A DNA stretch of 63,803 bases, filler included, from Nemertoderma westbladi (taxonomy: Eukaryota; Animalia; Xenacoelomorpha), in assembly GCA_032718475.1 (NCBI GenBank). It is 3 parts of 3 records of this genome, joined end to end, with 100 filler letters (N's around TTAATTAATTAA, not from the genome) between each part and the next. Parts side by side here need not be neighbours in the genome. Positions count along the whole stretch, not along the records: positions 1 to 24,619 come from JAUCBJ010000881.1; positions 24,720 to 55,132 come from JAUCBJ010003427.1; 1 more part is not named here. One strand, given 5' to 3'. Of this stretch, positions 24,057 to 35,226 are shown one piece after another (position 1 is the stretch's first letter; each line of letters starts with the position of its first letter). The notes below the pieces were generated by a model. It was not told where the DNA came from and did not search any database. It saw only the letters and a list, made by a program, of their open reading frames with translations. Position numbers and translations under genes: made by a program.

Positions 24057-24358
24057 TGGTATAGTATCAACTAACTCATATAACATATAATGTACTTGTA
24101 CAATGTAGGCCCTATTAATTACATAATAACCGCAATAATCCCCACTCCTCATTAGTCCCACTATCACTGGGATATTGCCAACTCTTCCTAATGATTCGTT
24201 TCATATGGACCATCAGGTCAAACAGTAATTATTATATTATGAGTTATCTGGTGGTGGTGTCACGTTTAACATCGTATAATATATTTGTCATTTTGTTGAG
24301 ATAAAAATAATGTTTAAGATTAAAACAATAAACTACGTATTATAACCAAACTATACTA
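24057..24358 (+). repeat. Gypsy 3' LTR
   Basis: Direct repeat of 18957-19258. Confidence 0.95.
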
Positions 24359-24363
24359 AATAC

Positions 24364-24619
24364 AAATGACACCTATTGAAGTTAATAAATTTAATGAAAC
24401 TGAATTAATGAATAGATTATATGGGAAATGTAGACAGATAAATCACAAGAAAATAAAATTTAAAGTTGGAGATACAGTACGATTATCTATTGCTCGTACT
24501 GCTTTTGCTAAAGGCTATCGAGAACAATGGACACGTGAATTATTTATTATTCATCGGGTCAGGTTGGATAGAGTACCAGCGGTAATGTTCGATATTAAGG
24601 ACAGCACCGGAGCTATAAT
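24364..24619 (+). CDS. Polinton integrase, 3' part (cut by the gap)
   Basis: MTP..FKVGDTVRLS..FAKGYREQWTRELF; joins 18956 in frame as HRTIQMTP. Confidence 0.92.
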
Positions 24620-24719
24620 NNNNNNNNNNNNNNNNNNNNNNNNNNNNNNNNNNNNNNNNNNNNTTAATTAATTAANNNNNNNNNNNNNNNNNNNNNNNNN
24701 NNNNNNNNNNNNNNNNNNN
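24620..24719. other. Assembly gap with artificial TTAATTAATTAA spacer
   Basis: 100-nt N pad with a central 12-mer, same layout as 55133-55232. Confidence 0.95.
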
Positions 24720-25353
24720 GTACCTCATTAATGTTTATGACCCTCATCTGTACATGATTCTAACTAGGCCTACAGTGCCGTACTTGTTTTAGAAGCAATT
24801 AATACCAAAATATCAAAAACTTTGGAGCCCTTTAAAATTTTGAATTCAACAATTTCCAACATGTGCGCAAGTGTGTTAGCTATATTGTATGTGATTATTT
24901 GTTATTATTGCGTTCACAGGTAATACTAACACCTGTTCATGTACCAGTTAACATGTTAGATAGCACGTATTAATGCGGACATGTATTACGTGCGCACTAC
25001 ACACTAAATAATTAAGGACACACGATACGCCTTGGCTACTATTTGATATATTTTGCGGGTTTTTTGTAAAAATTCGGACTTTTGGTGTTTTGCCAAATTG
25101 AGGATACCTTGTTTTCTAGGCAATACCCCGTAACTATCGTATAGTTACGGGATAATACCAGAAAACGGTGTTCCCGCTTGTTTTGGCAAAACACCATTTT
25201 ACAAAAAAACCGCAATATATTTCAAAGGTGGTTCTAAATTAAATTGAAAGTTTAGTTATATGAATTCTATATATATTTAGTTGTCAAAAAACACAATAAC
25301 AAGTAAACTGAGGCATCTCTCTAAAAAATAAACAGTTTTTATCGATTATCTCC

Positions 25354-26535
25354 TGTAAAAGCTTTTGCTGAATTGTCCGGTTATTTTTCCTTATTTTTCC
25401 CGTAAAATACTCTGTAGTTGGTTTACCAGGCATAAAAAGGCCGTGTCCTTGCTGTACTGGTGTTTTAGCGGACATAAAAGCTATTTCTTCTGTATTTGTA
25501 CTTTAGAGGACATAATCCGTAATTCCGTGACGTAAAAGCTCGATACTCTTGAAAACAGTGTCGCTACCATGACGACGGCTAGCAGCTGATATTGCCACGT
25601 CGACGTTTCTTTGTTTCTTTGTTCTCTCGTTGTTCAGGTTGACCAATCAGAGCGTTTGTTGTCTCTGTGTTGGAGGTGTATACAGAAACTCAGTAGTTCA
25701 GTGTTATGTTTTGCCCAGAGCCTAAGAACCGGCTTTTGGCACCTCCGTGTTTTCAGTTTTTAGTCCTACACTAGTAGGCTTAATTATAAGGACATATATC
25801 CGTTATCTGCATACTGCAGTACTGCATACACTGCATACTGTGTAACACTGTGCATACTTTTATATTGTTATACTGCTATTTACTGTCAGTTCTTCATAAT
25901 ATGGTTGATGAATTATTATATTTGGAATAACGACAAATAACCCCGAAACCCAATATTCTTGATATACCGAAGGTAAGAGAGAAAGGTTACAGATAAATGA
26001 TTGCGACCTATGTTGAGTGGTTTGAAGTGAATCTAATGTTATTTGATAGACCCTACATGATTCGGTCCGTGTTCCTTTTATATGTGACTAAAATCAGTGA
26101 AGATCGGCAGATCAGTGTGCAGTATTGTGCAGCATTGTGTATGAGTGAGACTGATAACGAAGCATTTCCTAAAGAATGCGCCATATATGTGAATTGTAAC
26201 TAAGCCATATCGTTGTGAGTAGTTTAAGTCATAACTCTGTTTGTATAGATAGAGCGCCACGTCCTAAAGGAACTGTTAATATTTCCCGAAGGTGAATAAT
26301 ATTGTCAGAGATTATATAATACTGTCAGTCGAATAATACATTAGGCTTACATAGCAATAAAATTAAGCCGTCGAACCCAATCTCCCGGGTATATCCAGCG
26401 GGTGAATGATCGCGCACAGATTGGTTTCGACTAGTGTAGTGAATTAAATACTTGTCATAGACTAAAGGTGATTTATTATCTAGAAGACATCCTAATTTGG
26501 CGGGTTAAACTGCCAAAGGTCTGAAAGCGTGAACA
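25354..26535 (+). repeat. BEL 5' LTR
   Basis: TGTAAAAGC...GAACA; three mismatches seen versus 36642-37823. Confidence 0.95.
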
Positions 26536-27390
26536 ATAAAGGATATAGCTTCTTTATTGCAGTAAGCAATAAAGTTGAAAGTACCGGTCAACCGGTAAAC
26601 CTGAAAGGTACATCTGTAGGTCAGTAGGCCCAACTGCCAGAACCGGTACTGCCGTAGGTCCGTAGGTCCAACTGCCAGAACCGGTACTTCTGTAGGTCTG
26701 TAGGCCCAACTGTCCTAACCGGTACTTCCCGTATAGGTACAGCAGTATTATTCGATTTTGATTATTATATACCAGTAGGTCTTAATAATTAATCGGGGAC
26801 GCCTGGTTTTTATTGGGATTTTACTTAGGCCTATTTCTGTCAGTTTTATTTGTTTGTAGGCCAGTATTGAACAGAAGGCGTGTAAGCCTGATCAGATTGT
26901 ACAGACAATTTGTAGGTTGAACTGTTGTCTGATTGCTGTTAAGTCTGAACGGATTGCAGTGTATGTAGATCACCTGTCCGATAAAGAACGGTTAGGAAGT
27001 AGGGGCAGCCAATGCTGTAAGGTAAACCCCCAACTAAAGAATAAGTCGTACTACTGGGTTAGAACGCATACTACCTAATCATTTCGGAGTCTGCATGTCC
27101 TGTAGTTTATTTAGGCTTGAGAGTAGTCTGCCATCGTTTAGTCTGTATTTTGTTTGTGTAAGTCTGTACGGGTAGCGTATAAAATTTATTTAGATAATTT
27201 GTAGGCTGGATAGTTGTCTGGCTGTTATTAGGTCTGAATGGATTGCAGTGTGTGTAGAGCCTCTGTCCGATAAAGAACGGTTAGGAAGTAGGGGCAGCCA
27301 AAGCTGTAAGGTAAACCCCCATCTAAAGAATAAGTCGTACTACTGGGTTAGAACGCATACTGCCTAATCATTTCGGAGTCTGCATATACC

Positions 27391-28872
27391 TACAAAAGTA
27401 CTGGTTGGACCTACAAAAGGCTTTTGATACTGTAGATCACGAAATTCTGCTTGGTAAGTTAGGCCTGATGGGTGTAGGTTCTATAGACTGGTTCAAGTCC
27501 TACCTGTCAGACAGAGGTCAAACTGTAGTCATTAGCAAATCGCTGTCTACTGTACAAGAGATTACCTGTGGTGTACCGCAAGGTAGTATATTAGGTCCTC
27601 TGCTTTTTGTATGCTATGTAAATGATATGATAAGTAGTATAGATCCCGATCTTAAACTCATTTTATATGCCGACGACAGTGCTCTTATTTTCTCTCATAA
27701 AGATCCTATCCATATTTCCCAAAAGTTAAGTGCAGTTCTAGAATCCTGTAATGAGTGGTTGGTTGATAATAAGCTATCCATTCACTACGGTAAAACTGAA
27801 AGTATTTTGTTTGGTTCCAAAAGAAAGTTAAAGAAGGTAACTAAGTTTGAAGTCACTAGTAATGGACATAAGATTGAAAATAAAAAGGAAGTTAAATATT
27901 TAGGCGCCACATTGGATAACTGCTTATCAGGAGAAAGTACAGTGAAAAATATTTTCTCGAAAGTTAACAGTAGGCTTAGGTTTCTATACAGAAATAAAAA
28001 TAGTTTAAACACCGACTCCCGCAAGTTACTTTGCTCTTCTTTAATACAGTGTCACATGGACTATGCTTGCTCTTCTTGGTATGAAGGCTTAACCAAACAG
28101 CTTAAATGTAAATTACAAGTAGCTCAGAATAAAGTAGTACGATTTATTAAAGACTACAAACCTAGGCACCACCTAACTCCAGATGACTTTTCTGAATCTG
28201 GACTACTTAACTTAGATAGTAGAGTTAAGCAGCTACGCCTTAACCATGTGCATAAAGTGTATAATGGTAAATGTCCCAATTACCTAAAACAAAAATTCAA
28301 CAGAGTACGCGATACACACTCTTACAGTACCAGAGCTAGTGCTTCAAACTTCTACCTCCCGAATTGTAAATCCTTTGAATCTGATACTTTCTTTTTTAAC
28401 GGCATAAAAAATTGGAACGCTCTGCCTAATGAAATTAAAAACCTAAATAATCAACATTCTTTTAAATCTGCAGTTAAATCTCACCTCCGTGTGCAATGTA
28501 AAAATAGGTACAATAGTCCTACAGTAAGTTATTAGTTTATTAATTATTTACTATTTATACTGTAATTACGTTTTATATTAAATTGTTCTGTACATTATGT
28601 CTTTATCGTTGAGTCGGGCATTGTCACGCTCTCGGTAAAGTTGTACATGTACATAGTGTAATTTATTACGTTTTATATTGGTTTTAGGTTAGCGTAGTGT
28701 AATATTGTATTTGTAACCAAGTAACATAAAGGACCCCCTTGGAAATAAGCTGCAAAGCTTTAGGGGTAATCCTATATGTTATGTTGGACAATACCTTTAT
28801 ACCGGTACATTGTTTGGTGTATTTGTTATTGTTTTTACATAATGTATAAATAAATCTATCTATCTATCTATC
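27391..28872 (+). mobile_element. 5'-truncated L2/Crack-like LINE inserted in the BEL leader
   Basis: ORF 27405-28535 with [21 protein letters not shown]; (CTAT)n tail; TATACC duplicated at 27385-27390 and 28873-28878. Confidence 0.9.
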
Positions 28873-30278
28873 TATACCGTAGTTTGTTTAGGCTTGATAG
28901 TAGTCTGTCAGTATTTGGTCTGCATTTTGTTTGAGTAGTTTGTACGCGTAGCGTAATATTTATTATTCAGAGTTTATGCGATTATTCGCAACATTCATTC
29001 CCCAAGTTTGTTCCTACAGTAATTGTGTTTGTTATACATACCGCTATAGTTAAATTAACCCCGGTACTACACGGGCTGCTTGGCGTAGGTAAAGACTGGT
29101 GATTTTGTGCACCGGTTACTCCAGCAGATGCCGTGGTTCTTTTAGCTGTTCAAGTATATTTAACTACTGATTATCTGTTGTACAAGTACTCGTACCTAAT
29201 TTAGGGTTTAGTGTACAGTGCTTTCCGAAAGTAATTAGTGTAGGCATTATATTTGTGTTGTAAAGTGGTTGATAGGCACGTTCGATTAGCTCTATTAACT
29301 TCTAGGTAGGAACACTCCGTGATACATAACGTAGTACCTATAGCGATACGGCTATAGGTCGTCAGGCGGTGGTATTTTCCTATCTGGACAACGCAGTGTA
29401 TTTACTACTACTTATTATTTTCAAATACCGTAGTACCCTGTCCGTTGTAATAACCAGATTTCTAACCCTTTGTTAGGCTGGTTTGTAGACTTCTTGTAAA
29501 ATTACCCTAAAAATTCGTATTTTGTGTTTTTGTAAATTTTTGTGTTTATTTAGAGATTGTAATCTCAACCCGAATTGTACGTAATTTGTAGTATTAAGTA
29601 ACTTAGGTAAATTAGAATTATTTGTTTTAGTGTCCTATAAGTAACACTTCACTGAAAGCGTACCGCTTTGTGTAGTGATTACTCCCCAGAAATAATAACA
29701 TTTATTTCAAATATTGACAAAGCCCATTAAAACGGGTATATATATATTATAAATCAAATCTAACGATTTATAAATAGTAGGCCTACCATATAACCATTAG
29801 GTCTCAATATCAGTTGGACTACTGTTCAAATAACGGTAATAAAGTAAGTAAAGTAACAAAGTAACCCTAAAGTTCAGAAATTCAATTATTTAAAATAATT
29901 GATATACCGGTATTTACGATAGGCCTATTATCTTTATTTCTGTAAATTTAGGCTGAAATTATACCGGTACTTGTAATTAATTCTAGTCCAGAATTATATA
30001 TACTACAAATTGTAAGCTGTATACCGGTATTCCCGATAGGCCTATTATATATTTATATATATTTGTGCTAAAATTATACCGGTATTCTGAGATAAACCTA
30101 GTCTGTAATAATACTTATATATACTATAAGCATACCGGTATTCTAATATATTATATATATATCACGCTACACTGAGTAGCAGTATCGGAAATTAATTACT
30201 AGGCTAGCAGTTAATACTGAATTACTGGACTTGCTTAGACTGTAATATAGCAGTAGGCATTCAACTGTACAAACAAAA

Positions 30279-32072
30279 ATGTCTGACACAAAACGGGCAC
30301 TGTCAGATAGTCTTTTGGAAGGTGTTAGAATCAGCCTTAGACTTGGACAGGGTCTTGAAAGGAAGATGGCAGAGGCAATGGCAACAGCAGAAGCGAAAAG
30401 AAAGGCGGCAGAGGCAATGGCAACAGTAGAAGCGGAAAGAAAGATAGAGACACCTGTACTCCCAGAACCTGCCTATAAATTCCCTTTGTACAGTACTAAA
30501 CTACCTGTGCCCAGTAGGACTGTTCCCGAGTCCGAACCCATCCTGGACGCCGAGCGAGATATTAAGAATTTATCGCCCGTCGTCTCTCGCTCGCCCGCTA
30601 CAACATTGGCGACTCCCGCTTCGGCGGTTGAGTGGGTAACTGAGGGACGACGGGAGATGGGTCTCCTGCTCGAGCAGCTGAGGGAACACTGTTTGTGCTC
30701 CTCTCAGCAGGTCCGGGAAATGGAAGAGACTGTTCAGCAGCTCAAGGGAACAGTAAGGGAAAGTAGGTTAGAGTTGCAAAAGGTGCAGCAAAGTATCGCG
30801 TTAGAATGCGATAAATTAGTGAACATACAAAGGGGTATAACACCACCCCCTGTAACAATGTGTCAACCCGTTAGGTCTGAAGTATTTCATGCGCAAGGTG
30901 TGGAGCCTACACGCATCTATACTGCTAGTGAAGTAGAAACTCCTATAGTAAACCCTATTCAGGGTAATTATAAACCTGTTGATAATAATATTCCATATAG
31001 ACCTGATCATAATCCTAGAAATTTATATACCGATAATTCTATATTCAATAATACGATGGCTCAAGAAAGTTTTACGCGTCAAATGGCTAGAACCGAAGCC
31101 CGGCAAGCGGTAAAGGTGGGAGAGATCGTCAAGTTCAATGGAGATGAGATGAAATGGTTACCTTTTAATGAATATTATAAAGATAACATACAGAACTCTG
31201 TACTATCTAACGGAGAGAAACTTAGATTCCTCATCGAATGTTTGGAAGGACCTCCCAAGTCAATGGCGTTAAAATTTATTGGACATCCAGATGGATTAAG
31301 ACAAGTTTGGGATACACTAAACATCAGGTATGGTAATAGGACTAACATAGCTAGGTATTTATATGCGAAATTAATGGCGCCCCGAAAGTTTCTTTCGAGA
31401 AGACAGAAGACTTACAAGAAGGTGTTATATATGATGGAACAACAACAACGAGACCCTACCATGGCTGATCTCATGTCATTCCTGGATAGCGAGGTGAAAT
31501 TACAGCTCATAAAGCAGTCCAGAGAGAAGACAGCGGAAAGTAAGGTAAGTGAGAAACCCGTTTCTAGGAGAAGGGTAACACCAGTATGTTATACCGACGA
31601 CGGTGAAAGCCAAACTTCTCAAGGAGAGGACAGCGGGAAAGACACTGACAGATCTTATGTCAATAAAATGCCTAAAGATCAGGTAAGTAAATCCAAGTCT
31701 CGACCCAATGACAGAAGGGAACCGGTACAAAAAACCCCTCCTACGTCTCCTAAAAGAATTCAGGTGAGAAAGCCCGAGGAAAGAACAAGTGTGCACCACA
31801 CAGCACATGTTAAAGTAAGTAACATCAAGCCCAAATGTGTGCTGTGCGACGGGCCCCACCGTTTAAATGCGTGTGATAAATTCCTGAGGAAATCACTAAA
31901 GGATAGACGTGAAGTCATGTGGGATAAGCGGTTGTGTTATAATTGTCTCAGACGAGGACACCAACGGCGAACCTGTAACTCCGACGCAAGCGCAAGGTGT
32001 GCGAAGGTGTGCAAAACATCATATCTTGTTGCACACGGAATTCGAACGAAACAGCCCGAGTCAGGTAAGTGA
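30279..32072 (+). CDS. BEL/Pao gag
   Basis: KFNGD..W..F, EKLRFLIECLEG, LNIRYG (DUF1759-like); knuckles CVLCDGPHRLNAC and CYNCLRRGHQRRTC; the third (CAKHHILLH) is shifted into the next frame. Confidence 0.88.
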   Translation: MSDTKRALSDSLLEGVRISLRLGQGLERKMAEAMATAEAKRKAAEAMATVEAERKIETPVLPEPAYKFPLYSTKLPVPSRTVPESEPILDAERDIKNLSPVVSRSPATTLATPASAVEWVTEGRREMGLLLEQLREHCLCSSQQVREMEETVQQLKGTVRESRLELQKVQQSIALECDKLVNIQRGITPPPVTMCQPVRSEVFHAQGVEPTRIYTASEVETPIVNPIQGNYKPVDNNIPYRPDHNPRNLYTDNSIFNNTMAQESFTRQMARTEARQAVKVGEIVKFNGDEMKWLPFNEYYKDNIQNSVLSNGEKLRFLIECLEGPPKSMALKFIGHPDGLRQVWDTLNIRYGNRTNIARYLYAKLMAPRKFLSRRQKTYKKVLYMMEQQQRDPTMADLMSFLDSEVKLQLIKQSREKTAESKVSEKPVSRRRVTPVCYTDDGESQTSQGEDSGKDTDRSYVNKMPKDQVSKSKSRPNDRREPVQKTPPTSPKRIQVRKPEERTSVHHTAHVKVSNIKPKCVLCDGPHRLNACDKFLRKSLKDRREVMWDKRLCYNCLRRGHQRRTCNSDASARCAKVCKTSYLVAHGIRTKQPESGK

Positions 32073-33375
32073 GTCCGAACTACATGTCCAATTCAGTGAT
32101 GTGAACGACACTGATCAATCTGAGATGGAAGGATTCTATACGGACGAGTTCTCCGACCAAAACGAATCCTGTTACCTAATAAACACCACCGCAGTGTATC
32201 GAGCACTCGTGCATGAGAAAGACACAGACAGCGACCTTACCTTAACTACTTCCGATCAACAACCATCTTGGAAAGCGCCAACTTCCAATGTAGGAATCCG
32301 AGAATTTCCTGTAGTCCAGTTACGGGTCCACGGACCTCAGAAGAGCTATATAGTGAACGCCCTCCTGGACTCCGGTAGCACAGGAACATTCATCGATAAA
32401 GAACTAGCCAAAGTCATCTTTGCTGGACAACCCAAGTTCCGAACCAAGCTAAACATGTCAGGGATCATGCAGGTTTGGAATTCTACTGTAGCTGCCGACT
32501 ATTATATAGGTGAGTTGTCCACTCCACAGGATAAACTAGGAGAATACAGTATAAGGTCAGTAAAAATGGTGGCAATAAAGAACTTCGCTACTACTCAAGC
32601 AGACCTTTATAATTGGGACGAGGATGAGAGCATCCAACATCTTAAGATACCTCGATTCCAGACTGATTATCCTGGAGTGCAAATACTCATCGGCCAAAAC
32701 GCGCATGAGGCGCTGGAGACATTAGAGAAACGACCTACTCAACCGCAACCACTTCAGACCTATGCGGTAAGAACTAGAGTAGGTTGGTACCTTACTGGAC
32801 CTTCCCGTAGAACGCTCAGGGAAAGACTGCTTCAAGATCGCGTCTGCCAGGTGAGTGAATGGGAAGACGATACTAGTGAGGGAGACGACCCAACTGAGGG
32901 AACACCACACTCCTCAGATAATGACAATCTTAACTCCAATGTAGATCAATGGAGATATTGCCCCAAGACGATGAATATAGCCGACATCGCTTCCAGAGGA
33001 GCATCTCCTCAAGAACTGACAGATACTACAGACCGGTTAGGTGAACCCGACTTCCTGAGTAAGGAGGATGAAGGGCCTCCCCATCTTACTCCGACTGAGA
33101 TTAGACCAGCCAAGGGAGCGGAGAAAGTTAAACCTAAAACCCGGACGGGTGGAGCGGAGTTATTTGAACCCGGGATAGATCTGTCGGTATTACATATTGC
33201 CAGGGACGACGCCGTGGATCTGGACCTCCCCACCGCGAGTGGATCCTTCATGAAGATCAGAGAGAGCGATTGGAGCTCTGGAACATCAGACGTCTCGCAG
33301 GGACTCTCACCTCTCCTGCAGGGAGCGACGGACCACTATAGCTCCTGGAATCGGCTTTGTAACGCCGTCATATAA
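31909..33375 (+). CDS. BEL aspartic protease fused to an RNase H tail remnant (RT core deleted)
   Basis: ALLDSGSTGTFI, ILIG, AVRTRVGWYLTGP, soon followed by QWRYCPKTMNIADIASRG and HYSSWNRL. Confidence 0.85.
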   Translation: MKSCGISGCVIIVSDEDTNGEPVTPTQAQGVRRCAKHHILLHTEFERNSPSQVSESELHVQFSDVNDTDQSEMEGFYTDEFSDQNESCYLINTTAVYRALVHEKDTDSDLTLTTSDQQPSWKAPTSNVGIREFPVVQLRVHGPQKSYIVNALLDSGSTGTFIDKELAKVIFAGQPKFRTKLNMSGIMQVWNSTVAADYYIGELSTPQDKLGEYSIRSVKMVAIKNFATTQADLYNWDEDESIQHLKIPRFQTDYPGVQILIGQNAHEALETLEKRPTQPQPLQTYAVRTRVGWYLTGPSRRTLRERLLQDRVCQVSEWEDDTSEGDDPTEGTPHSSDNDNLNSNVDQWRYCPKTMNIADIASRGASPQELTDTTDRLGEPDFLSKEDEGPPHLTPTEIRPAKGAEKVKPKTRTGGAELFEPGIDLSVLHIARDDAVDLDLPTASGSFMKIRESDWSSGTSDVSQGLSPLLQGATDHYSSWNRLCNAVI

Positions 33376-35226
33376 CTAGAGCGATGTTTCTATCGTCACT
33401 ATTCCAGGATGAAGAAGAAACCTGGAATTGTATTCGGGATGCAGCGACTCAATCACCCAGTCGGTCGTTTGTGTTTACCGGAAGGGAATAGAGGACTCTC
33501 CGGAAACTGTGGAAGGCAAGATTCTCTTCCCACGACCACCTCCCTAATCCTTCAAACATCTAGGGACTCCATAACGTAACAACATATGGAGTGGGTGTGT
33601 GACTCTATTATTTTATATTATTTTATTATTTTTATATTTCTGTATGTATTACTATGTAATTTTATTATAATCGTTTTCTTTAATTTTATTCAGTAGAATG
33701 TTATTTTAGCGATTATTTAGTAGATTAGTGCAATATATATTCGCGTTTATTACTTAATTACGTATATATTATATTTAATGCGACGGCAAGAAATAATTCT
33801 TTTCCTCTTTCCTTACTGTCCGTATCATATTATAAATACGTGACTACAGTAAGATGAAATGTCCGTACTTATTAAAGTACAATAAAGCCACTACTATATT
33901 TAAGTATTATTGGTAGGCAGAGTATTAGGAATGCAAAGTTCAGATCCTCGTGTCTCGGCTAAACCAAGCTCTGGGTAGACCTTGGAAACGACTTGCCTCT
34001 TCACACTGACATTGCTTCGTGCGATATTGCTCTCATACCGTATATTAAATAATACATATAGTAGCGTGATGTCCCTTTAACAGTAGCGTATCACGCAAAA
34101 TAAATCTGTTAAACCCTTTGACCATCTGTAATTCTTGTCGACTAAGATATCGCGGCACCCACCGATATACTTGAAAGACAAATTCTAGAATCAGTGGTTA
34201 ACGTCCCCAGACAAGTTCTGGAATAAATCGGTGCCCATCTCAAATATTAATTATTTAATATTTGCAAATCTAATAAGTCAAAATCTGTAAAATTCAGATC
34301 CTTCAACAATTCTAGTCAATTAAGATATCGTAGCATTTACCGATATTCTTAAAAAGACAATTTTCATAGAATTAAGGATCTTGTGTCCCCAGACATGTAC
34401 TAGAATCAAAATATGTCCATTTAATTATCAAATAATAAAATTTCAGGAATAAATTTAAATTCATGCCTTTTAATGAATTAATAAATTGCCATTTTTACGC
34501 AATTTATAAAGTTCCCAAAATTCCATTAATTAATAGATCAAGGGAGCGGAGATTTATCTTATCATGCGTATGAGTGTGTGAAAGTCTCCCAAACATAGTC
34601 AATAGCCGATAAAATTCATAAAGTCATGTATAAAACAGAACATTTACTATTAAAGAATACTATTAAATAACATCCCAGATCTGTATGCATTGGAATTACC
34701 CTAATTCTACCGCTAGCTTTGCATAATGTCACCATAGCAACAACCACGCTAGAATTAGAATTGAGTTAAACGAACAATAGAAAGCTTGTCCCATTGAATA
34801 GCATAGGGAATAAATAGCGCACTACAAGTATCCAAGGATACATAATAATACAGTGACATTCTGGAAGGCATTGACTAACGGACAAATGGCCCGAATGTGT
34901 GTAGTTGTGACCAGTTGTGTGGTATTTGTGAGTTTACAGGTGAATGTTACTGCTAAAGTGTGTTTACAGTAGCTAGTCGCAATCGTAAAAGTAACCTAAC
35001 TCTCCAAGGAAAACCTGAAGTACATCTAAGCCTTTGGGACGGACAGTTGAGTGACTTGTGCCGGTTGTCGTTGTCGTTGTGCGGCTACGTCGTTGGCGAA
35101 AGTACAGCGGCGACGACACATCGGCGCTGAGGATCTCGTACTGTCCGGGGTTGATTGGGGTAGGCAGCGACGCTCGCTAGCCTAAATATAAACTCATTAT
35201 AATATGGATAAACTCATATAGCAGAT

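Larger units (their letters stand above)
18957..24358 (+). mobile_element. Ty3/Gypsy (Mag-like) LTR retrotransposon, full length
   Basis: 302-bp LTRs; AATAC TSD (18952-18956, 24359-24363); PBS-like TGGCGCAG at 19259; purine tract just before 24057. Confidence 0.96.
9702..24619 (+). mobile_element. Polinton/Maverick (adintovirus-like) endogenous element, left part, running into the assembly gap
   Basis: AGTAGTAG terminus at 9702 where LINE homology stops; repetitive subterminal region; co-oriented ATPase, core-protein and rve integrase genes. Confidence 0.88.

Noticed and set aside
24664-24675. TTAATTAATTAA motif within Ns (also 55177-55188)
   Set aside because: Identical scaffold spacer in both gaps; artificial.
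25997-26260. Duplicated small ORFs (also 37285-37548)
   Set aside because: They are identical only because they lie in the two LTRs.
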